Shown here in pieces: positions 46,132 to 52,847 of a DNA stretch of 64,000 nucleotides (position 1 is its first letter; every line of letters begins with the position of its first letter). Location: positions 1-64,000 of the IMG/VR virus record IMGVR_UViG_3300032295_003840; one strand, given 5' to 3'. The stretch is from a virus. Its lineage: Duplodnaviria > Caudoviricetes. The notes beneath the pieces are model-generated. The model was given only the letters and a program-made list of their open reading frames with translations. It made no database searches and was not told the origin of the DNA. Both the position numbers and the translations under genes were made by a program.

Positions 46132-46286
46132 ATATAGAAACACACTAATGAACCAGCCTGACGCAGCCGTACGCTTGGCAGATCGTTTCCAATCTGTTTA
46201 TCGCTTTTCTCGGTACTCTGTATGTTCAGGATTCCGCAGTCCTCAGTACAATTGCTTGCAAGGGCAATCAATGTGTTTTTATATGG
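46130..46286 (-). ncRNA. Candidate structured RNA between tRNA-Lys and tRNA-Cys
   Basis: CCATATAAAAACACA...TGTGTTTCTATATGG closing stem with internal hairpins. Confidence 0.5.
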
Positions 46287-46358
46287 TAGGGGTAGTAGGG
46301 ATCGAACCTACGGCCAATGGATTAAAAGTCCACTGCTCTTCCTCTGAGCTATACCCCC
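46284..46358 (-). tRNA. tRNA-Lys(TTT)
   Basis: GTGGA-CTTTTAA-TCCAT. Confidence 0.92.
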
Positions 46359-46360
46359 AA

Positions 46361-46435
46361 TGGTACACCGTAGGAGAATCGAACTCCTCTTTACGCCTTG
46401 AAAGGGCGTCGTCCTAACCGATAGACGAACGGTGC
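46361..46435 (-). tRNA. tRNA-Glu(TTC)
   Basis: ACGCC-CTTTCAA-GGCGT. Confidence 0.93.
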
Positions 46436-46480
46436 GTATAACCTGCAAATTTTTAAAGATCAACTACTACAAGAAACTCT

Positions 46481-46508
46481 ATTGTAGCACCTTGACGCAC
46501 AACGTCAA
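46481..46508 (-). promoter_or_regulatory. Possible promoter within tRNA array
   Basis: TTGACG-16-TACAAT. Confidence 0.6.
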
Positions 46509-46559
46509 GCTTTTTTTCAAATAACCCTACGTCGTGTAAGGTTAATATACTGCTAATCC

Positions 46560-46651
46560 TGGCGGAGGGCGGAGGAGTCGAACCCCATCCACTTTCGCAG
46601 AACCTGGTTTTCAAGGCCAGTCGCAGGACCATCCCCGCTGCATCACCCTCC
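46560..46651 (-). tRNA. tRNA-Ser(TGA), first tRNA of the array
   Basis: loop CTTGAAA, long variable arm, G73, CCA; enlarged D-arm. Confidence 0.88.
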
Positions 46652-46659
46652 AAGTACAT

Positions 46660-46696
46660 AAACAAAAACCCCGAGCCTTTTGGGTCTCGGGGTCTT
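46660..46696 (-). terminator. Intrinsic terminator of putative attenuator
   Basis: ACCCCGAG-ACCCAAAAGG-CTCGGGGT followed by TTTTGTTT, 8 nt before tRNA-Ser. Confidence 0.85.
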
Positions 46697-46736
46697 GGTT
46701 TAGCTACCTGCTCTAGTTACGCTATACCCGACCCCC
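46689..46736 (-). promoter_or_regulatory. Putative antiterminator helix overlapping leader stop codon and terminator 5' arm
   Basis: GGGGTC-G-GGT-A-TAGC pairs with GCTA-A-ACC-AA-GACCCC. Confidence 0.7.
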
Positions 46737-46833
46737 GACTATTATCCCATGCGCCTGTTGCAAAGCGGTACTCTGGCTGCATGGTGCATCCATGAATACT
46801 GGGCTTCAGCGATGAGGATATGAGGTGTTGCAC
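46717..46833 (-). CDS. Putative attenuator leader peptide (38 aa, codon-diverse)
   Basis: AGGAG RBS 5 nt before GTG; MQHLISSSLKPSIHGCTMQPEYRFATGAWDNSRGSGIA*. Confidence 0.7.
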   Translation of the reverse strand: MQHLISSSLKPSIHGCTMQPEYRFATGAWDNSRGSGIA

Positions 46834-46861
46834 AACGACTCCTAGTTGATTAATTACTGCC

Positions 46862-46890
46862 ATGATATAGTATATATCTGTTCTTGTCAA
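46862..46890 (-). promoter_or_regulatory. Promoter for leader peptide/tRNA array
   Basis: TTGACA-17-TATCAT. Confidence 0.7.
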
Positions 46891-46916
46891 GAAAAATCAG
46901 AACTTTTTAAAAAATT

Positions 46917-47135
46917 TTACCTAAATGTATACCAAAAACCAGTCATGTAGATGGCCAGTAACCCAGCATTGACTATGACCAGATTCAATTCACGAATGCG
47001 GATAGCCCAGAGCAGATACAGCAGGCTACCAGCATTGCATAAAAAGATGTTCATGGGGTCGATACGAAAGCTGGTGCATAAAGCTCCAGCAATCGTACAA
47101 ACCAGCGCAGTCCATTTCAGTATATTATTTAGCAT
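46917..47135 (-). CDS. Small multi-TM membrane protein
   Basis: Three hydrophobic segments; ATG 6 nt after the -10 box. Confidence 0.7.
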   Translation of the reverse strand: MLNNILKWTALVCTIAGALCTSFRIDPMNIFLCNAGSLLYLLWAIRIRELNLVIVNAGLLAIYMTGFWYTFR

Positions 47136-47141
47136 ACTACC

Positions 47142-47170
47142 ATTATAGCACCTTGCTAGCCAGCTGTCAA
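47142..47170 (-). promoter_or_regulatory. Early promoter
   Basis: TTGACA-17-TATAAT. Confidence 0.85.
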
Positions 47171-47191
47171 GCACTGTTTTCATCAATGAAA

Positions 47192-47488
47192 TCAAGCAGT
47201 TAGCGTAGTGCTGGGCATGATGATGCCTGCGCCATAGACACGATCGTATTGAGTGCGCAGATCCTCGGCTGGATTGCTGGTCACCACAATCTTGTCATGC
47301 TTGACGGTAAACTCTTTGTCGGCACTGTAGGGAATCCACTGACTCAGGCCCACACTGGGTACTCCAGTTTCTGTGGGGCGAATATAGACAATCAGAGGAT
47401 TGCGAATCTGCACACCAACGTCACCACTGTCCACAATCTCGGCCAGTACATCTTCGCCTGTGACCAGACGCATTAATTTAATTTCCAT
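47192..47488 (-). CDS. Conserved T4-like Sm-like small protein
   Basis: IKLMRLVTGEDVLA..NPL..WIPYS..GIIMP. Confidence 0.75.
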   Translation of the reverse strand: MEIKLMRLVTGEDVLAEIVDSGDVGVQIRNPLIVYIRPTETGVPSVGLSQWIPYSADKEFTVKHDKIVVTSNPAEDLRTQYDRVYGAGIIMPSTTLTA

Positions 47489-47529
47489 GATGACTCCAAG
47501 ATGCGGCGGGTTGCCCCGCCGCGGTTTAA

Positions 47530-48051
47530 TTACAGACTGGTTTCAATCTGTGTTTTTTCATTTTCAGTCAGCAGTTGTTTTTTTCTGCTGCCTTCCTTGA
47601 CTTCGATCTTCTTGGGCTTCTTGTGCTCGGGAATGATGCGTTCCAGAGCAATCTGCAGCATGCCGTTGAACAAGGCTGCATCCTGAATCTCAATCTGATC
47701 GTTGAGTGCGAATGTGCGGGTAAACGCACGATTGGCGATACCTTTGAAGACATAGTCGGCATTGTTGTCTTCTTTGGTGTTGCCACGCACTACGAGCTTG
47801 TCATCCACAAATTCAATCTCAATGTCCTGACGAGCAAAGCCTGCCACGGCCATTTCAATGACATAGGTGTTCTCACCGGTCTTGCGAATATTGTAGGGAG
47901 GATAGTTGGGAATATCCTTGGTCACATCATCGTGTAGCTTGGCCAGACGATTGAACTGTTCTTCAAAACCAACAAAGAATTTGTCAATGCCCTTGAACAT
48001 TTCTTCAGGGTGTATTTCGGTATTAAGTTTAAATGGTCTTGTTGTGATCAT
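47530..48051 (-). CDS. Small heat-shock protein Hsp20
   Basis: NYPPYNI, EMAVAGF, GIANRAFTRTF, NGMLQI, PEHKKPKKI. Confidence 0.95.
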   Translation of the reverse strand: MITTRPFKLNTEIHPEEMFKGIDKFFVGFEEQFNRLAKLHDDVTKDIPNYPPYNIRKTGENTYVIEMAVAGFARQDIEIEFVDDKLVVRGNTKEDNNADYVFKGIANRAFTRTFALNDQIEIQDAALFNGMLQIALERIIPEHKKPKKIEVKEGSRKKQLLTENEKTQIETSL

Positions 48052-48063
48052 GTTGTCCTCCGA

Positions 48064-48288
48064 TTACTTGGTTGCCCAGGCTTTTTTAGCATCAAAATTG
48101 TGCATGGCATGGCCAACTGTGGTCATGAATGAATAGACTTCATGGCCCACGTGCTTGGCAAAGGCTGCCTGTGCATTGATATAGGTATCCAGAGGTTTTT
48201 TGAGTTCGTCGTTGGAAACAAAGTTCTTGACGAAGTTGGATTTGACGTCTCTTACAGAGTCAACCATGGCGTTGTATGCTGATAGCAT
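48064..48288 (-). CDS. Hypothetical helical protein (phasin-reminiscent)
   Basis: VDSVRDVKSNFV..YINAQAAFAK amphipathic pattern. Confidence 0.55.
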   Translation of the reverse strand: MLSAYNAMVDSVRDVKSNFVKNFVSNDELKKPLDTYINAQAAFAKHVGHEVYSFMTTVGHAMHNFDAKKAWATK

Positions 48289-48430
48289 ATAGTTCTCCTT
48301 GTTAAGCGAGTTATAAAATTGCTGCCCTTGCGGCGCAGCGGTTGCCGTGTACGATTACGGCGACAGTCTAACGTTCTGTCCGGTCAGCACTCGGGTAAGA
48401 GTCTGCAGTACGTCCCATCCCGTGGGATTT

Positions 48431-48655
48431 TTATGCGCCAGCGTAGTCGGTTTCGTCGCCTTCTGCAATTTCAGCAAGACGTTGAGCCATGGCATCGCGG
48501 TTATCGTTGCGCTGTTCTTCGGGTACCTGAGGCAGGGCCTGATTACGAATTTTGTCAATCAGTTGTGCTACGGTATCATAGGGCTGTTTAGCCAGGGCAA
48601 ACAGCACTGCGTTGGTTTCGTTAATTGTCAAAGACAAATGAATCTTATCACTCAC
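48431..48655 (-). CDS. Hypothetical protein
   Basis: LTINETNAVLFALAKQPY..LIDKIRNQA. Confidence 0.7.
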   Translation of the reverse strand: MSDKIHLSLTINETNAVLFALAKQPYDTVAQLIDKIRNQALPQVPEEQRNDNRDAMAQRLAEIAEGDETDYAGA

Positions 48656-48657
48656 GG

Positions 48658-49086
48658 TTACTCCTTATATCCACGTTTTTTACCGATGTTATATTTCGCC
48701 TGCAGGTTCCACTGATTCTTCTCATCATAGTTCAGAATCTTGATCTGGCTCAGTGGCGCCTGGTCAGTATATTTATCAGCGTTGATGATGGTCACCAGAC
48801 CCCAATCTGCCAAAAGTTTGGCAATGCTGTTGCGGCGCTGGATATCGTTTTTGCTCAGATCAGCCTGCTTGCCATCGAGTGCAAACAGCTCTTTGAAATG
48901 AACAATGAAATAGTGTCCCTGCTTGTGCAGGATATGACAGCTTTGATACAGTACGTTGCTGCGACGACTGGCTACACCAATACGAGTCAGCGTTTCGCGT
49001 ACCTTGAGGAAATCGTCGGGCTGAGCCAGTTTAACTTCCAAAGGACTATATTCAAAGGGAAGGTCAAGATTGAAAAAATCAGTCAT
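48658..49086 (-). CDS. regA: Translational repressor RegA
   Basis: DDFLKVRETLTRIGVAS, LYQSCHILHKQG.YFIVHFKELF. Confidence 0.97.
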   Translation of the reverse strand: MTDFFNLDLPFEYSPLEVKLAQPDDFLKVRETLTRIGVASRRSNVLYQSCHILHKQGHYFIVHFKELFALDGKQADLSKNDIQRRNSIAKLLADWGLVTIINADKYTDQAPLSQIKILNYDEKNQWNLQAKYNIGKKRGYKE

Positions 49087-49523
49087 TATTTACCGCCTCT
49101 GTTCAGTTTATTCTTCATGTGCTCCAACTGAGAGTCAGACAACAGAGGTAATACCTGGCGGGCTTTGTCTATGCTATAGCCATAGTATTCTTGTACCGTT
49201 GCCAACACGTCAACTGTTTCGGCTTTCAACCACTTGTTGTAACGCTTGCGTGGTCTAACGGTATTTATAAGAAAATCGAACTGAAGACGACGGTCCAGAT
49301 GCGGACGCGCATTCATTTCGTTGGCATAGATTACGGTATCGGCCCCATAGCTCAGGCTTTTGTTGACGATGAAGGCATTGTACTGCTTCTCTGACCATTC
49401 ATCAACAATCAGTGCTTCCTTGCTATGGTTAATGGCATTGGCAAAATCAAAGGGGCTGATCTGAGGCTTTTTATAGACCTCTTCAACCTTTTCAACTACT
49501 TCATAACCAAGTGCATTCTTCAT
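49086..49523 (-). CDS. Clamp loader small subunit (T4 gp62)
   Basis: YNAFIVNKSLS..ANEMN..QFDFLIN..RKRYNKW..EYYGYS. Confidence 0.92.
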   Translation of the reverse strand: MKNALGYEVVEKVEEVYKKPQISPFDFANAINHSKEALIVDEWSEKQYNAFIVNKSLSYGADTVIYANEMNARPHLDRRLQFDFLINTVRPRKRYNKWLKAETVDVLATVQEYYGYSIDKARQVLPLLSDSQLEHMKNKLNRGGK

Positions 49524-49635
49524 TTTATTCTATCAGTCAAATATTCACATAATTTAGCAAATTGCAGTGCTAGCCACATCAGGCTGGCGACTACAACTCC
49601 CAGGCCCACCCAATAAAGTACTATCTGCACAGCAA

Positions 49636-49926
49636 TCATGATACCAACATTCGAATCAATCCCAGTGTATCAATGGCAGTCAGCAGGATGTAGTTAGCCA
49701 GCATGCCAAACGATTTCCTAGTATAAGCAGCCCAAGCATACATGGCACAGCCAGTAATCCACACAGGATAAAGAGCCAATAGGGGAGGATTCGGGACGGT
49801 AAGTGCCATAGTAATGCTGCAACCAATACTGACAGCCCAAGCGAGCACTTCAATAAAAAATCGAAAGGGATGAGTATTGTAGTCATCACGAATCCAATCA
49901 AAGGTAGGTTTAAATAGATCCAGCAA
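49636..49926 (-). CDS. Membrane protein
   Basis: Three TM segments. Confidence 0.7.
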   Translation of the reverse strand: MLDLFKPTFDWIRDDYNTHPFRFFIEVLAWAVSIGCSITMALTVPNPPLLALYPVWITGCAMYAWAAYTRKSFGMLANYILLTAIDTLGLIRMLVS

Positions 49927-50125
49927 GTTGTTGCTCCTTATAGAACTGCATGACCTCGGCGAATTTAATTCGCACTGGCTGAGGGTAGCAGTTCATCTCC
50001 TTCATGTGCCGATGGTTGTCAGACATGATTGTAGCCAGCTCACGCAGTAGTTTTAGTTCGCGTGCTGTACCACGCTCATGTACTTCAAAATCACTCATCA
50101 TAGACTCCAAAGTCTCGGAGCACAA
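49910..50125 (-). CDS. Hypothetical protein
   Basis: DFEVHERGT..E; start uncertain. Confidence 0.55.
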   Translation of the reverse strand: MCSETLESMMSDFEVHERGTARELKLLRELATIMSDNHRHMKEMNCYPQPVRIKFAEVMQFYKEQQLAGSI

Positions 50126-50309
50126 ACTTTACTGCCTTGATCATTTCGTGGCTATGTACAACATCGTCGGCATGTAGCCATGATCCGTTGTGATAGTTTT
50201 CTAGCTGGTGTTCCAGAGTTTCCAGATAGTTCTTCAAGGTAGCCACAGTAATGCGATCCGCAGTTTCCCAATCCAGGGTCAGATCCAATCCCAATCCTTC
50301 TTGTGTCAT
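50091..50309 (-). CDS. Hypothetical protein
   Basis: LDWETADRITVATLK..LHADDV. Confidence 0.65.
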   Translation of the reverse strand: MTQEGLGLDLTLDWETADRITVATLKNYLETLEHQLENYHNGSWLHADDVVHSHEMIKAVKFVLRDFGVYDE

Positions 50310-51250
50310 GATTTAAACTCCACCGCGGCCATGATTTCAGTAAGACAAGCCACCAGGTTAATCTCGGCATCGGCCACGAACGCTGCCTTGTACTGATAGT
50401 CTGCCAACAACAGAACCAGTTGTGGTACCTGCTTGACCTGATCAGTCAGCTGGTCATACAACAATCTAAAAATTGTCTGTGGGTCACTATCTATATTGTT
50501 TACAACCCACTGACGCATTTTCTTGAAGTCTTTTTCCTTCAGTGCCTCCACCAGAGTCTTGATGTTGGCATCCTGCAGATTGGACAGCACACCTTCGTCG
50601 ATGACTCCACTGACACTGTAGCGTTGCAGTTCATTTAAGATACGGCGATAGTCAGGAAAGTGTCGTTCAATCAGCCTTGCCACACTCTTGGCATCGGCCT
50701 CTACATTCTCGTTTTTCAGTATCTCCATGACCCGCTTGAAGAAGCCTGCAGCAATCTTGGGCCGCTCCGCAGCAGCAATCTTGAACTCTACTACTGTGGT
50801 TCTGCTGTGCAGTGGTTGTATGATTCTGTTCTTGAAGTTGCATGTTAGGATAAACCTACAATTTTTGCTGAACTCTTCCATGAAGTTACGAAGAGCCGGC
50901 TGAGTTGAATTGGGATTAAGATAGTCAGCCTCGTCTAGGATAACCACCTTGGGTCGACCTTCAAAGCTAACTGTGCTGGCAAATCCAAAGATCTCATTGC
51001 GCAGCGTATCAATATTGCCATTCATACTACCATTGATGACTATGTAGTCCGATCCTAACTCCTCACATAGAGCTCGGGCCACAGTAGTCTTGCCCATGCC
51101 AGCTCCACCACAGAGCAACATGTTGGGTATTTCACCTTTGGCAACAAACTGTTCAAAAGTCTGTCGCTGATCTGCAGGCAGAATGCAGTCGGCCAGCTGC
51201 CTGGGCCGATACTTTTCTACCCACAGAAATTGATCATCACGAAATTGCAT
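50306..51250 (-). CDS. Clamp loader large subunit (T4 gp44)
   Basis: LWVEKYRP, GGAGMGKTT, LDEADYL, PLHSR. Confidence 0.96.
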   Translation of the reverse strand: MQFRDDQFLWVEKYRPRQLADCILPADQRQTFEQFVAKGEIPNMLLCGGAGMGKTTVARALCEELGSDYIVINGSMNGNIDTLRNEIFGFASTVSFEGRPKVVILDEADYLNPNSTQPALRNFMEEFSKNCRFILTCNFKNRIIQPLHSRTTVVEFKIAAAERPKIAAGFFKRVMEILKNENVEADAKSVARLIERHFPDYRRILNELQRYSVSGVIDEGVLSNLQDANIKTLVEALKEKDFKKMRQWVVNNIDSDPQTIFRLLYDQLTDQVKQVPQLVLLLADYQYKAAFVADAEINLVACLTEIMAAVEFKS

Positions 51251-51251
51251 A

Positions 51252-51521
51252 TCAGTTGGTTCTTTCCATCATGGATTTTTTATACAGGTCTTCTCGGGGG
51301 TCTGCCACCTCATATCCTTCACGCTGTGCTGGTTCAACTAATCCATACTTTGGCTTGACAACCAAACCATGGCCAGTGGCTGTCAGCCAGGTATTGATAT
51401 TGTCCATGAGTGTCTGGAAGTCAGCATTGTCAAAGCTCACATCCAGATCCAGCAAAGTATCATTGCTGTCAGCATCAGTGGCAGTATAGTTGAGTCGTAC
51501 TCGGGTATTGATATTTTTCAT
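51252..51521 (-). CDS. Hypothetical protein
   Basis: 89-aa ORF between gp45 and gp44. Confidence 0.6.
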   Translation of the reverse strand: MKNINTRVRLNYTATDADSNDTLLDLDVSFDNADFQTLMDNINTWLTATGHGLVVKPKYGLVEPAQREGYEVADPREDLYKKSMMERTN

Positions 51522-51523
51522 GA

Positions 51524-52183
51524 TTACACCTGACTGTCGGGTTCCATGGCAAGCCAGTACTCCAAGGGCTTGGTCTCGTGTTTAAAGTGAAAGAACTTCT
51601 TCTTGCTTACTGTGACTGCATAGGCTTCGGGTACTACCTTGAAATTTTCCACAGCCAGGCGGCAATTGAAGTCTGAATCAAAGTCACCAATGGTGCGCTT
51701 GTAGCTGTTGCTGCTGGCAGTCTTGGGATCGCCAACGCTCAGCGTTACCTTGCCCTTGCTGCTGACCACGCTGATGAACTTGGCACCTACAATGGCAGCT
51801 GCTTTGTTCAGCATCTGTACATCGTTGGCAGTCATCTTGAATTGGAAATGATTGTCAACTGCAATGCTCTTGCCTGCCTCGGGTGCAATGATCACACTCT
51901 CATCGGCATAGAAGTATTCAAACTCTCCGCCGTCTTTGCTGATCTTCAAACTGGCATCGCCAAAGTCAATGTCCTGATCTTCCATGAGCGTCAGCAGGCT
52001 CAGCAGACTATTTAGATCATAGATGCAGAAGTCCTTGGGAAAAGTCTCAGCCACGGTTGCCTTGGCAAAGATATTCTTCTGTGGACCAATGGTGCTGATC
52101 TCTGATCCAGGACGGATTCGGATATTGCTGTTGATGGTGGCAAAATTCTGCAACACCTTGATGGTATCAGTACTAATTTTCAT
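51524..52183 (-). CDS. Sliding clamp (T4 gp45)
   Basis: MKIS..TIKVLQNFATINSNI, IYDLNSLL, YWLAMEPDS; promoter TTGACA-17-TATACT at 52210-52238. Confidence 0.95.
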   Translation of the reverse strand: MKISTDTIKVLQNFATINSNIRIRPGSEISTIGPQKNIFAKATVAETFPKDFCIYDLNSLLSLLTLMEDQDIDFGDASLKISKDGGEFEYFYADESVIIAPEAGKSIAVDNHFQFKMTANDVQMLNKAAAIVGAKFISVVSSKGKVTLSVGDPKTASSNSYKRTIGDFDSDFNCRLAVENFKVVPEAYAVTVSKKKFFHFKHETKPLEYWLAMEPDSQV

Positions 52184-52217
52184 TCAGATAACTCCTTGTT
52201 TAAAAATACAGTATAAA

Positions 52218-52847
52218 TTATACTGCAGCATCTGTCAATGCCAGCGTTGCCATCATACCATCAAGACGATCATGTAACCATTCCATGGGACCGCTATTAG
52301 CTACAAGAACATCATAATGACGGTCTAGCCAGGCCCATTCGCTTTGATGTGGAATATGACTGGGCGGTTTGCCAGCTGGAAAACTTAGATAGTCCAGAGC
52401 ATCCTGAACCCAAGCTGGGTCTTTGCCTCGGCTAATTCTAACAATGATACCACCAGCCTTTTTAATTACATCAATCTCGTTAGGAAAACGACAGTCAGTA
52501 ATTACAATATCGTCTGTAGTTTTACGCAGACGATTTTCCAGACTAGCTACCCAGATGTCGGTGTGATAGGCATTGCGCCCAACTTCGGTACCCCAGATTT
52601 GCAGGGTATGGCGTGGAGTAACTTCACGACCTAATCGCTCACTCCACCAAGGATCCGCACACTCTCGCCAGGCTCGACTTTCATTGGTGTGACCTTCTAG
52701 TAACTGTCGATCCCAACCAAAGATGTCTGCCACAGCGTCTTTCAACGGAGCAGCAAAACTGTCACGCCGAAACTTATATTTTTCTACCAGATACTCGGCA
52801 GCAGTATCTTTACCACTGCCGATGAATCCTACAAATCCAATAATCAT
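52218..52847 (-). CDS. Deoxynucleoside monophosphate kinase (T4 gp1-like)
   Basis: GFIGSGKDT, FAAPLKD, TPR..LQ.WGTE, TDCRFPNE. Confidence 0.93.
   Translation of the reverse strand: MIIGFVGFIGSGKDTAAEYLVEKYKFRRDSFAAPLKDAVADIFGWDRQLLEGHTNESRAWRECADPWWSERLGREVTPRHTLQIWGTEVGRNAYHTDIWVASLENRLRKTTDDIVITDCRFPNEIDVIKKAGGIIVRISRGKDPAWVQDALDYLSFPAGKPPSHIPHQSEWAWLDRHYDVLVANSGPMEWLHDRLDGMMATLALTDAAV

Noticed and set aside
46190-46250. Hammerhead ribozyme (CTGAGGA core)
   Set aside because: No correctly placed GAAA after a stem II and no stem I/III pairing found by eye.
46560-46651. tRNA-Sec
   Set aside because: The anticodon reads TGA (Ser), not TCA, and the acceptor stem is 7 bp.
43359-46665. ORF-track ORFs overlapping tRNAs (e.g. 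44347-44703, 45687-45998, 46055-46417, 46453-46665)
   Set aside because: They are incidental translations of tRNA genes.
47503-47522. Terminator after hsp20
   Set aside because: Strong GCGGCGGG-GCAA-CCCGCCGC hairpin but no U-tract; more likely a stability or processing hairpin.
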